Source: a virus. From it: 64,000 nt of DNA. The position numbers were made by a program, and so were the translations under genes. Positions 20,801 to 30,500 of the stretch are shown piece after piece. Each line of letters starts with the position of its first letter. Position 1 is the first letter of the stretch. The DNA lies in IMG/VR virus record IMGVR_UViG_3300017987_000006, positions 64,001 to 128,000 of that record, one strand, 5' to 3'. Below the pieces are notes generated by a model. It had not been told where the DNA came from and ran no database searches. It saw only the letters and a program-made list of their open reading frames with translations.

Positions 20801-21994
20801 GTAACGTACCATCCGGTCCAGGGGACGGCCGATATCCGTGCTGTTGGATCGGGCGGCACTGTGGACTATGCTTTAGTCCCCTCTAAGACGTTGATCTTCT
20901 CGCTCGAGAACGGCCCAGATAGAACCGTCACCTTTTCTGCTCAGGTGAGCAGCCCAGAGCGGGTCGTGAGCGAAATCAACAACCAGCTGGGAGAGACGGT
21001 AGCTTATATTGAAGAGGATACGGGCACGAACGCCAAGTATCTCCGCCTTGAGGCTGACTTTTCATTCATCCTGCGCTCGCCCGGGACGGCAATGGCGCTC
21101 CTGGGAATGACGAGCGTGGCCGGGAACAACGACGCTCCGGCCAAGGGCAAGTACATCATCTCAGATGTGGGGTACATCTCCGGGACGACATCGAACCATA
21201 TGCGAATGACGATTGGGAGCAAGGTTGGTGATGCTGGGTGGACGTCGTTCACTGCTGGGGAAATCGGACCATCGCAGCACTTCACCATCGTTCGTCCGGG
21301 ATTGCAGCGTGTGAGCGCGACGGATATGCAGGACAACGTTGAGGGCTCACTCTATTACGCCGACATCGAGCTGGTCTCGTTCGGTCCAGGAGACGAGTTC
21401 AACGTGGGTGCGGATGAGCGATTCTTGGTGCAAGATCACTACTCGGAGGGATACCGTATCGCGAACGACGATGAGAACCTGGCCTTCTCGACAGAGGAGG
21501 AGTTGTCGATGACCATCAGCCGTCGTGTGCTGCTTCCGGGCGGGACAGACTCTCCCGAGAACATGACGCAGATCTCTCAGCAAAACCTGCAGATCAATTA
21601 TGAGAGATCTCCGCTGGTCGAGCAGATTCAAAACTTCGCGTCCAGCGAGTTGGACCGAGTGCTCGTGGCCAGCATTTTGGTCCGCCATCTTATCCCACAC
21701 TTTGTTCGATTTGAGCTGGATTATGTGGGCGGCTCAAAGGTCTCTGTGGTTCGGGCAGACATCGAAGATCTGTTGGACAGCCTCCTGCCAGACGACGAAC
21801 TCGAGGCTACCGCCGTCACGGAGCTCCCACGCAAGCGTGGGGCCACGAGCGTAGAGGCTCCACTCACATTGATCGGAGTGGTTCACAATGTGGACAGGAC
21901 CATCGAGGCGGACCGATCACAGAACGCCATCAGCACCGGCAGGCTGGCGACGTTTATCGAGGATATTATCACAATCACTCGGGTTCAGAGTTGA
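17894..21994 (+). CDS. Baseplate J-like (gp6-type) wedge protein with large beta-domain insertions
   Basis: N-terminal LLVKP...IFVSRSRGTLSVGQVRVYF; IVGFKDPEMERD; C-terminal ILVRHLIP domain. Confidence 0.75.
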   Translation: MAGTEDLREFIEERLLIYDPDMDISDGSPADVEIIDPIVRRYTPDPFETDIRSFIQTRLEQEYPDLDKEEGDVLMDLLVKPGEVLLDPIIREVEFLRKNKSLNDPDLLSPSEADSLMGNIFVSRSRGTLSVGQVRVYFNAPIAVSLSISNVASTATGLNFIPSSTQEISAEAMLFNQDGSLFYFDAFYQAEQEGTEYNIEAGEIISISNVQASVKITNLSRFRDGSPEESTLNFIGRGEDSVTERSLVIPRGTIARLFDQFQDLQHLQIVGFKDPEMERDVVTGGGLGPIVLYGTDGQTSDDGDGDGYATLVESPAGGFVANVGAIGPVEGYSITIAGEDYPIVEVVSDEIIRITASGGGIPDLADTLSGEQFYVRKNVITLSGIPGGIIGESINGEVEINDNEIHIGGCTDFHIRGTSLEDSTQTIEAVTDEDPITEGTGLRTKQATLPDDVVEDPTLLAANDFVAMEVQVGQTLVIETDAGNAGPYQIIKVAPGGNGQRLQVDPAPGSTVSDQKYKIVDTIDVNLNEPKTVRGSGTDLKTILGSTQVSTVAEVDFDQLGVEEGDVLRIGGNTLNAGDYTVVSISGTGNKLLTVDSQMRKTSSSETWQVYKAQEGMSPPVLRITSIDILDSSKQPTGNTIPYADPIDIRSTAFSNIGIGEKLEVTDARIGILGLTDLSGAIATINTKQLKVRINNGAVNTITFSGVVAVQDIIDQINAGISGFNVADIVEVNGVSRLSMRSRNNWIWIDRTGTANTDLGLSTSFDEDNRQVISSSISDWTSSLYGLVSERDSVYVLTGDNIEFWFLQEVVADRLLIVRVQDGKAVFPLTDESATVRLGSRSFGKVRCYFLEPTSFEVRGAYRRAALSETNHDPNVVLGVQSDEPPRAEFSFDVFGDESAFYRYFPDPALEHQLLPVTDEDVPDNLYIANIGDVYVESEKDPPLGPGQFSRDAEIDFLLREAQPGDILEVTYHPVQGTADIRAVGSGGTVDYALVPSKTLIFSLENGPDRTVTFSAQVSSPERVVSEINNQLGETVAYIEEDTGTNAKYLRLEADFSFILRSPGTAMALLGMTSVAGNNDAPAKGKYIISDVGYISGTTSNHMRMTIGSKVGDAGWTSFTAGEIGPSQHFTIVRPGLQRVSATDMQDNVEGSLYYADIELVSFGPGDEFNVGADERFLVQDHYSEGYRIANDDENLAFSTEEELSMTISRRVLLPGGTDSPENMTQISQQNLQINYERSPLVEQIQNFASSELDRVLVASILVRHLIPHFVRFELDYVGGSKVSVVRADIEDLLDSLLPDDELEATAVTELPRKRGATSVEAPLTLIGVVHNVDRTIEADRSQNAISTGRLATFIEDIITITRVQS

Positions 21995-22289
21995 TGATAG
22001 GTGTGGTTGGCTCGACGGCTTTGGCGACGTTCCCGATCCGAATAATCATACCAGTGTGAGGATCGAACTGTTCTCCGCAGGCCAGACACTCCAGGTAAAA
22101 CTTCGGCAGGGGAGCGTCGCCGTTGAACATGGTCCTATGGTCTGCCAGCTTTTTGCAACTTCCGCCGCAGCGAGGACAAGCCTGGGACGCGTAGTACTTT
22201 TCGTTTTCTCTTGCCAGAGGCGACAGTACGTCCTCGTGACCTTCGATCAATTTTTGTATAATTTCGGGGTCCAGAAATTTCAGAGACAT
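21975..22289 (-). CDS. C4 zinc-ribbon protein (antisense to the structural operon)
   Basis: Start moved to ATG 22289 (MSLKFLDPEII); CPRCG...CLACG. Confidence 0.7.
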   Translation of the reverse strand: MSLKFLDPEIIQKLIEGHEDVLSPLARENEKYYASQACPRCGGSCKKLADHRTMFNGDAPLPKFYLECLACGEQFDPHTGMIIRIGNVAKAVEPTTPIINSEPE

Positions 22290-22292
22290 GGG

Positions 22293-22319
22293 ATTATATT
22301 GCCTCACGTGAGGTGTCAA
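22293..22319 (-). promoter_or_regulatory. Consensus -35/-10 elements with a palindromic spacer
   Basis: TTGACA (22319-22314), 15 nt, TATAAT (22298-22293); the spacer holds the perfect palindrome CCTCACGTGAGG (22302-22313). The spacing is unusually short. Confidence 0.5.
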
Positions 22320-22327
22320 TACAAGAT

Positions 22328-22357
22328 TTGACCTAAGACTACCGAAAGCTGTAGAAT
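22328..22357 (+). promoter_or_regulatory. Sigma70-like promoter
   Basis: TTGACC-18 nt-TAGAAT, followed by an AAGGAG RBS and the ATG at 22387. Confidence 0.55.
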
Positions 22358-22386
22358 TTTCCATCCATCGGAAGGAGATCCACACA

Positions 22387-22554
22387 ATGTCATTTCAGGT
22401 GAAATGTGATACTTGTGAAACAACGGTTGACTGCCCAACAGTGCAGCCAAGACCGCCCCACATTCCACGCGAGCCGGACGGTTGGCAAGTGAAGATCTAC
22501 GCTAACGGTACCATAGAAACCCTCTGCCCCGATTGCAAAGACGAGCCGGAGTAA
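22387..22554 (+). CDS. 55-aa zinc-finger protein (absent from the ORF track)
   Basis: MSFQVKCDTC...LCPDCKDEPE; strong AAGGAG RBS; fills the gap before 22558. Confidence 0.65.
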   Translation: MSFQVKCDTCETTVDCPTVQPRPPHIPREPDGWQVKIYANGTIETLCPDCKDEPE

Positions 22555-22557
22555 GAC

Positions 22558-23925
22558 ATGACTCTCAGATATTTAAACGGGGTAGTTGTTGGTGGCCCAC
22601 GCAGTGTGATTGGAAGCGGCTATGGCCATGCGCACCAGCAATTTTTGCGTTTGATGTACAACTGGTTGATCGACGAGTGCGGGTGGACCAAGATCGAGGA
22701 CAATGAGAATGCTCGTTGGACACACACAGTCGCCGAGGATACAGCCGACGGCGCGACCGACACGACAGGTGGCGGAGATGTGGAAAAGTTCACGTCCACG
22801 TCTACCGACTTCTCTACACTGGGTATAGATCCGTCAACCACTCGCTACTACCTGTACGTTACTGGTTTTTCCACTGACGGCGAATACCGAAACGGATTCT
22901 ATCTGGTAGACAGGATTGACAGGACGAACGGGAAGATCTTGTACATCAGGAAGCGCTACTCTCATCGAACGGATGGCTTTCTTCTTGACGAGACTGGCCT
23001 CGATTGGAAGCTGTTTGATTTTTATTCTACAGACCGCGATCTCTGCGTTAGTCAAACATCTGTTTATGCAGTGCTGCAAGGAACTGGAACCGGTGGGGAT
23101 TTCCATCTGTTCATGGAGGCATTCAAGGGCCAGAACTTTATGAAGGATAGATTTGCCATCTCTCCATACGCCGACTGGGACGATCCGGGCAGTGATCCGT
23201 ATTCTGGTGGAGATGGATCATGGACACCCACCTCAGGTTGGGCTGCGCCACTCAGAGCAACAGATCTACAGGGCTACAACCAGGGCCATGGTTCCGCCGA
23301 TGCGTACAGAGATAGCGCAGTCGTGTTCGGTTTCGCTGACGCGGATGTGGCTTTTTTCTGGGTACGGCATTACCAGTACGACATGTTGTGGAGTTCCACG
23401 GCCAGTGCTCTCGTACATACAGCATACTATTTCGGGGACCTCGACATTCCTGCCGTACGGCAAGCCGTCGATCCAAATCCGGTTGTGTGCATGCCTTTGA
23501 AATTGGACCTGACAACCATGCGCCTGCATTATGTGGCTAGTTCCGGAATAGCACGCAATAATCCTGGGCATGTGGGGATGTTGGACGGAAGCGACGTGTC
23601 TACTCAAGGACGTTGCGCATGGTGGTCTGAAAACGGAGCTGGTAACAGTGCTACGTCCTCCGTCTTAGAAAACGGAAACCAGCTTAGAGACAGATCTTTC
23701 CATTCCGGGAACAAGTTCAGACTCCCAATTCCAGTATTGAATGATGCTTCCGGAAAGGTCGAGTTGAGGGGATTCTTAAAATATCTCAACTTTACTCACC
23801 TGTTTGGGTCTAATATGACGCTTACTCCATTCGGAAATGCCCCCGGAGACCCCAGAGACAGATTCGTTCTAGCAGGTGTAGAAATGCCCTGGAACCGCTC
23901 GGGCATGTACATCAACGTTTTCTAA
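22558..23925 (+). CDS. Tail-tip/fibre-associated virion protein (paralog A)
   Basis: N-terminal F...YNWLIDECGWTKIED and C-terminal GVEMPWN mirror the next gene. Confidence 0.7.
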   Translation: MTLRYLNGVVVGGPRSVIGSGYGHAHQQFLRLMYNWLIDECGWTKIEDNENARWTHTVAEDTADGATDTTGGGDVEKFTSTSTDFSTLGIDPSTTRYYLYVTGFSTDGEYRNGFYLVDRIDRTNGKILYIRKRYSHRTDGFLLDETGLDWKLFDFYSTDRDLCVSQTSVYAVLQGTGTGGDFHLFMEAFKGQNFMKDRFAISPYADWDDPGSDPYSGGDGSWTPTSGWAAPLRATDLQGYNQGHGSADAYRDSAVVFGFADADVAFFWVRHYQYDMLWSSTASALVHTAYYFGDLDIPAVRQAVDPNPVVCMPLKLDLTTMRLHYVASSGIARNNPGHVGMLDGSDVSTQGRCAWWSENGAGNSATSSVLENGNQLRDRSFHSGNKFRLPIPVLNDASGKVELRGFLKYLNFTHLFGSNMTLTPFGNAPGDPRDRFVLAGVEMPWNRSGMYINVF

Positions 23926-23937
23926 GGAGCCTAGCAG

Positions 23938-25188
23938 ATGGCTAATTATTGGTTGAGAGGTTGCATTCCGCCGAGCGCTGGAGGCAGTAACCATATGCAG
24001 TACACCCGTGCTGCGTTTTGTGTGTACTACTACTTTTTCAAAAAAATTCTCGGTTGGAGTGTGTTGGATGAATCGGCCGATATAGAATCGGTTGTCGGGA
24101 TCGGATCTGGAAGCGACGGGGCCCTATCCAGCTCCAACCAGATCTTTTCATCGTCCGGATATTCTTTCAGTGGTGCAGATCAAGACAGAATGATCGCCAT
24201 TCTGGACTCAGGGAATCCGGAAAATTCAGGTGTCTATAGACTGGGCTCAAATGTGGACTCGGATAATCAAAACTTTGATTTTCTATCCTCCGACAATCCC
24301 ACCTCTGCCACGGGTCTTGCTTTTTGGATCTTCGATGTGACTAATGCCTCGGGGCTGGGAGAAAACTATGCAGTGTTCAACGTAGCGCACCCGACTTCAC
24401 CATATCAGATCAAGCTCTCGATGACCGGTTTGGCGACTGGAAATCAAGTAGTCACATTTGAGATCTGTCCGGACAATGGTACAGATGGGTGGGACGCTAC
24501 CGGTCACGACTGGTATTCTGGGTCTCCGCACCACGATAGATTGTTGCGAATCTATTGTGGGTATCCTGCTCTCGTGTGGCCGAATGGTCCTCCCAGATGT
24601 TTGGCTTACGGATCTACAGACGGAGAAACAGTCATCGTCTGTAGTTGGGGAGATGCCGGGAACCAAGCAAAAAATATGGTCTGTTGGGGATTTATTGATC
24701 CTATTGAAACCTCTCCAGCGCACGATGCAACAGAGAAAATAGTCTCGTTTGGTGGGACCAACCAGGGAACGGGTGCCCAGTCTGATTTCCGTGACGGAAA
24801 CGCCATAAACGGAATTGATGTTGGTGTTTGGTACAGTGCGCTCAGAGCTCCTGGTCTCAAAACTGCCTATATGGTATCGCTAAATTACATACGTACTTTG
24901 AGCAACGCCGTTTATGACGTTTTCAAAAACAACGACGCCAATGAGCCAGATCATAGGGATGGGACAAATCACGGTGCTATGCCGATTCCGGTTCAGGTAG
25001 ACGTGAATTCTGCTTCTGGGGCCAATCCGGCTTGGAGTATTCTAGGCTTTTTAAATTCAGATTACATATACTATGGTCATCAGGTGATAGGTTATGGTGC
25101 ATACGAGACCTTCGGGGCTAGTAATGAGGAATTTCATGCTATAGATGGCGTTTGTTTTCCATGGCCCGAGTTGGACACAGACTGGTAA
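23938..25188 (+). CDS. Tail-tip/fibre-associated virion protein (paralog B)
   Basis: FCVYYYFFKKILGWSVLDE ... GVCFPWP. Confidence 0.7.
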   Translation: MANYWLRGCIPPSAGGSNHMQYTRAAFCVYYYFFKKILGWSVLDESADIESVVGIGSGSDGALSSSNQIFSSSGYSFSGADQDRMIAILDSGNPENSGVYRLGSNVDSDNQNFDFLSSDNPTSATGLAFWIFDVTNASGLGENYAVFNVAHPTSPYQIKLSMTGLATGNQVVTFEICPDNGTDGWDATGHDWYSGSPHHDRLLRIYCGYPALVWPNGPPRCLAYGSTDGETVIVCSWGDAGNQAKNMVCWGFIDPIETSPAHDATEKIVSFGGTNQGTGAQSDFRDGNAINGIDVGVWYSALRAPGLKTAYMVSLNYIRTLSNAVYDVFKNNDANEPDHRDGTNHGAMPIPVQVDVNSASGANPAWSILGFLNSDYIYYGHQVIGYGAYETFGASNEEFHAIDGVCFPWPELDTDW

Positions 25189-25192
25189 GTAG

Positions 25193-25300
25193 ATGTTGTT
25201 ACTGCCGGTAACATTTGAGACAAGTGCTAACGCACCATCGCAAAACGAAGATGGTGTTACTAAAATACCATTGACCTCTGAGCAACAGGACCCTGATTAG
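25193..25300 (+). CDS. 35-aa mini-protein resembling the N-terminus of the next gene
   Basis: MLLLPVTFETSANAPSQNEDG vs MSLLLPLDFNLTGNAPSYYYDG; its TAG shares a G with the next GTG. Confidence 0.5.
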   Translation: MLLLPVTFETSANAPSQNEDGVTKIPLTSEQQDPD

Positions 25301-26130
25301 TGTCGTTATTGCTCCCTCTGGATTTTAATCTGACGGGCAATGCGCCGAGTTATTACTATGACGGTGCGTTATCAACGTTTGATGTGGATGCTGATGTAGA
25401 TCTTGAGCCCACTATTCAGGATTATCCTCGGCCATGGACTTTGATCAAGTCCGATTTCAACATCCCGATAATAGATTCTCAATTTCCTACCGGTATTGAT
25501 GTTCCGCTAGACACACTCATCTCTTTTTCTACTAAAGACACCGGGGGGATGGGAATAGATCTTAGCACACTGGATGTGACGGTTGGTGGGGTGCAGGCAA
25601 TCGCTGGTGGTGTATTTCAATCTGGATGGGATGGTCCTTCTAGCGCGGCGGTTGGGAACGGCTACGATGGTTACGATGTAGTAGTCGATCCAACATCAGA
25701 CCTGGATGCCTTTGATAGTTTGGAGGTGGTGGTATCAGTAAAGGATAATGGGGGAGCGCGTGTTATTCTCAACTGGTCCTTTACCACAGAGGACGTATTG
25801 GGAGTTCTTGTTACTCCCATAGATCCAACCAACGGCGAAATTGATGTTCCGTTCGGATCAAATATTGAAGTCCAGCTCAGTGATGAAGATGTGGTCTTGG
25901 AAGACTGGATCAAAGTTGAGGTGGATACCGGATCTGGGTTTCAAGATGCTTTCGTCTTTTCTGACACCCCGAAGTTCAAGTCTGGGTGGGATGGACCTGG
26001 ATCTACGTGGGATAATACAGGAGGTGTCTACACTATTACGATCGATCGTACTTCGAATTTCCCTTCCGGGGCGACCGTCCAGGTGCGGGTAACGGCATCA
26101 GATCCAACAGGCAATTCGACGAGATTGTAG
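25300..26130 (+). CDS. Tandem Ig-like (Big_5/SbsA-like) domain virion protein
   Basis: P..G...VP....I...L.D repeats; duplicates the C-terminal half of 26132-27520. Confidence 0.7.
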   Translation: MSLLLPLDFNLTGNAPSYYYDGALSTFDVDADVDLEPTIQDYPRPWTLIKSDFNIPIIDSQFPTGIDVPLDTLISFSTKDTGGMGIDLSTLDVTVGGVQAIAGGVFQSGWDGPSSAAVGNGYDGYDVVVDPTSDLDAFDSLEVVVSVKDNGGARVILNWSFTTEDVLGVLVTPIDPTNGEIDVPFGSNIEVQLSDEDVVLEDWIKVEVDTGSGFQDAFVFSDTPKFKSGWDGPGSTWDNTGGVYTITIDRTSNFPSGATVQVRVTASDPTGNSTRL

Positions 26131-26131
26131 G

Positions 26132-27520
26132 ATGGCTCCTTTCTTAGACAACCTCGACCCAGCATCTGGATCTCCAGGAAATCTGGCAACTACAAACGTG
26201 TATCTGGAGATTAAGGATACTGGTAGTGGGGTCGATCTGGATTCTGTTGTCCTGAAGATTGACTCTGTGATCTGTTGGAGCGGTGACTCTCAGCAAGGCG
26301 CGTTCGTAGTAACAAAGACCTCCGTGACCAATGGTTATGGTTATGAGATCAATCCAAACGCAAGGTTTGATATTGCTGCCACGGTGACGGTCGAAGTCTA
26401 CGCGGAAGATCAGACGACTCCCACTCCTGGGGTATTAGACACATCATACACGTTCGATATCGCCGAGGCTTCATCTGTAACCTACTCATTCGATGTGGAA
26501 ACAGATCTCTCCGGCCCGTTGATCACCAACAAAGACCCAGCTCCATTTACTACCGGGGTCGATAGAGATAAGGCGGTGTCGTTCCATATTGAAGACACCC
26601 CGGCTGGAGTCGATCTAAATAGTACATATATCTACGTCGATGCGGTCTTGGTGTATGATGGGTCTACATCTTCGTGGCATGCGGACTTCGATCCTGGATC
26701 TAGCATAACAGGAGATTCATCAGACTACACCGTTGAGCTCGTAAAAGACGTGGATTGGGACTCAAATGCGACAGTTCAGATCCATGTAGTGACAGAAGAT
26801 GCGGTGGGGAATCCCACCGATGAATCATGGTCCTTTGAGATCGAGGACTATGAAGGGCCGACCATCTCCGCAAATTCTCCTACGGGGACCGGGGTGGCTC
26901 ACGACACGAACATTTCTTTTGTCACAGAAGATGATGGATCGGGAGTAGATTTGGCGACACTGGAGGTGGTGGTTGGTGGGTCCTCCGCAATTTCTGGTGG
27001 TGTTCCGCAGGCAGGGTGGGATGGTCCGGGGACCAGTATCACCCCCAATGCAGGCAATGGGTATGACGTCGTAATAGATCCAACGTCAGATCTCCCGTCC
27101 TACTCATTGATCAGCGTGACGGTGGATGTGGATGATAATGACGGCAACTCCGCCAACTTTGGGTGGTCGTTTGAGACGGAGGACTACGAGGGAGTTCACG
27201 TACAGCCGCAGAGTCCGACGAACGGAGAAATGAACGTCGACGTTGATACAAATATTGTCATCCTCTTGGAGGATGACGACGAGGTAGTCGCCACCTCGAT
27301 TTTGGTGGAGGTGGATCGAGGCTCTGGATTTGAGACGGCTTTTGATTATAATCAGACCCCAAAGTTCAGACTCGGGTACAATGGAGCGGCGTCGCTGCTG
27401 GAGGTGGTAGGAGGGGCCTATACAATAACGATAGATCCAGAAACAGCATTCTCGCTAGGCACAACGATCCAGGTTAGAGTGACAGCGGAAGATCCAGAAG
27501 GCAACCCAGAGAGACTTTGA
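26132..27520 (+). CDS. Four-Ig-like-domain virion protein
   Basis: Repeated D.GSGVDL.S/T motif; ends VRVTAEDPEGNPERL. Confidence 0.75.
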   Translation: MAPFLDNLDPASGSPGNLATTNVYLEIKDTGSGVDLDSVVLKIDSVICWSGDSQQGAFVVTKTSVTNGYGYEINPNARFDIAATVTVEVYAEDQTTPTPGVLDTSYTFDIAEASSVTYSFDVETDLSGPLITNKDPAPFTTGVDRDKAVSFHIEDTPAGVDLNSTYIYVDAVLVYDGSTSSWHADFDPGSSITGDSSDYTVELVKDVDWDSNATVQIHVVTEDAVGNPTDESWSFEIEDYEGPTISANSPTGTGVAHDTNISFVTEDDGSGVDLATLEVVVGGSSAISGGVPQAGWDGPGTSITPNAGNGYDVVIDPTSDLPSYSLISVTVDVDDNDGNSANFGWSFETEDYEGVHVQPQSPTNGEMNVDVDTNIVILLEDDDEVVATSILVEVDRGSGFETAFDYNQTPKFRLGYNGAASLLEVVGGAYTITIDPETAFSLGTTIQVRVTAEDPEGNPERL

Positions 27521-27524
27521 TCCC

Positions 27525-30500
27525 ATGCCAATTACCTACAGCTTTACAACCACGCTGCAGCTGCCTACGTCTAGTTCGTGGCCCTGCATGGACGTGGGCG
27601 AGCTGTCGATGCCGAACATCCTCCTCTTTCCGGCGGTGTCGGCAAGCAGGGGAACTCCATGGATCTACACGGACGGAAATAACGATCTGGTCCTGTTAAG
27701 CAATGACGGAATACCCTCCGTCGTTACGATCTCTCTTCCCATCGGACAGAAGTTCACCTTTGAGACCGATTTCATCCCGTCTCAGCTCCCGCAGAACCTG
27801 GACGATCTGGCAAATTCACACCTTTTCATCTCCGTGTTCAACGCCCAGGACGACGCTGGCGGGGTGCTGCTGTCCAAGTCCGGCCTGGCCATCGTCTCCT
27901 CTTATGGCAACACGGTCATGCCGGTGGGCGGAAGTCAGGATATCTTGCCCGAGAGCAACGACTACTACACCCTGCGGATGGTCGTCGACGGCGAGAACAA
28001 CGTGATGGACTTGTACATCACCAAAACATCGGATCTCGCGAGTATTGGCCACCAGCTCCGGTACACCACCGCTGCACCGATTACTCCCTCCGGGACACCG
28101 GACAGTGTGCGCCTCGAGGTCCTGGGAAATGGAACTGTTCAGGTCGAAGGTAAGTTCTCTACTCTCCGCTGTAACTGTAACGGTTTGAACATCCCGAACA
28201 AGCGGCCCATCGCCGAGGCCGGCCGGGACCAAACAGCTGTCATCGGCTCTATTCTCCGCTTCGATGGTTCCGACAGTTACGATCCGGAAGGGGCAACACT
28301 GACTTACAAGTGGACGCTGGCCCTGGCCCCGGAGAACTCGGGCTTCCGACTCTCGGGTACCAACGGGTTCACACAGGACGATGGAGACGGGGACGGATGG
28401 ACAGACGTGTTTGAGAGCACGGTTGATGCGTGGAATGTGGCGAATGCGCCCGGATTACAACCAGGTGATCTCCTGGTCGTGGGGGATGGGGAGTATGAAG
28501 TAGCGACTACCGATTGGACTTACAACTCGACCACCGGTGAGTGGGAACGTGGAGGAACGTTCGATCCGAAGAAGCTGCGCGTCACCACGGAATCAATCTC
28601 AGATAACCTTTCCTCAGCTTCGTGGGAAGTCTTCCACCAGTCGTCATTTTGGGATGATCGGACATCCCCGCAGCCGACATGTGTGCCGGATGTGCACGGT
28701 GTCTACGTGCAACGGTTGGTGGTGAATGATGGCTCGTTGGACAGCCTGCCCGATGAGGTTTTGTCCAACATCTCTGAGTCCAATGTTGCAATGGGGGTGA
28801 TCCCAGATGTCAACTTCATCTGGGACTATCTCTCGGACGCGTGGGGATTCTACGACGACCGCGGTCCCGTGACGACGATCTGGTCCGGCTTCGCTCAGGT
28901 TGCGGCTAATATCTTGTTGACGGCCTGGCAGCTGGACTACGCCAAGAGCCTTGTGGATATCCAGCGGACTTTTCAACGCAGATGGTTGGACTATCGACCG
29001 CTGTTCAGCGAACCAGCAGACGATCGAGACGATGCGGAGATCAAGATCGTACGGGGAACGATTTACAGTGATGAGATTCCGGGAGGCGGTCTGGTCTTCG
29101 GCACTAGCGATACCCTTCTCATCTCCAGGGATGACGAGAGCCAGGTAACGGTGACGCTGAGCGGGACAATGACCGCGCAAGAAACTGTTGATGCGATCAA
29201 CGAGGCGCTGGGTGAGAAGAACGCCACCAACAAGACTGCCAGCGTTGTAACTGTCGCTACCAAGGACTACTTGGCCCTGGACTACGCCACGTTGCTAGTC
29301 CTCGATAAGGACGGTACTGCGAACGCCGTGTTGGGTTTCAGCACAACGGAGGACACGGAGAATATCTACGGTGGGTCTGACGGGTCCATCGGCAGTGTGG
29401 CCACCGCGTTTCAAGTCGGCGCGGCAGACCTGGAAGTCAATTTCCTGACAAAGGGCATCTTGCGGGAGGACCTGTTTGTGTTTACGGGAGTCGGGTATGA
29501 GGTCCAGAAGGTGGCCGACCAGACGCAGCTCACGTCTATTCAGGACATGGCTGCTGTTGGGACCAGGACGGATTGGCAGTTGAGCTCCTACATAAAGGCG
29601 GCGAACACGAATTTCACGGATGAGCTGGTAGGAGAGGGGGACATCCTCATTATGGAGGTGCGGGAGCTCGGGGCCGTTACAGTTCGGGAGGTGTTGTGTG
29701 AGGTGACGGGGGCCCGGAATCAGCATGTCGGATTCAACCCGCGTCCGTTGTTCGAGCTGGTGGGGGCGGACCTTGATAACTATGAGATCTCATTGATTGG
29801 GGTACGAAGAACAAGCGCAATCCCTGTAGACGAGCTCGTGCAGCGCATACCGCGTTTGCAAGAGGTCATCGTGGACCCGACCACCATCTATACCGAGAAC
29901 CGAGATTTCATCATTGAGGAGGACGAGAACGAGATTAACGGAGTGCGGTTTTCGGACGGGCTATTCAGTTTCGAGAATCCACCGCCGGATATCTTATGGG
30001 CTGAAGTCACGTTCTTAGATAATCGGCCGATGATCGAGGACAACTTCGGTAAGGCTGTAGACTTCACAGTTGAGGACCTCGAGGCCCGCACCGACGATCT
30101 GGACTACCTCTCCGCCGTGCGGGGGTTATGGTATGCGTTCTTCAACGGCCCATCTCTTTGGAGCGTGCGAATCGGTACGCAGATCTTGCTGGGGCTGCCG
30201 TTCGCCGAGGTGGACGGCACCATTGAGGACATCAATCTGACCTTCAACGCGAACAGCATTCGGATCTTGGTACGAGATAAGATCGACACGGCCGTCATCA
30301 GGACGTACTTCATACCTCGGAGCACGTACTTCGAGGAGAACGGCCTCTCGATGGTGGCGGTCAACCCGGACACGGACACGGAGTACGTTATCGGAGATGA
30401 GGTCTCACAGTTCTATCCGTTGTCTAAGGGTGTGGACATTTTGGACTGGGTGAAAGATCCTGACTGGTGGCGGGGATACCAGGGGCAGGGTGTATTCATC

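Noticed and set aside
6811-22554. Several proteins ending in (E/D/I)PE (7989, 17241, 21975, 22554)
   Set aside because: The motif is too short and the proteins are unrelated; probably chance.
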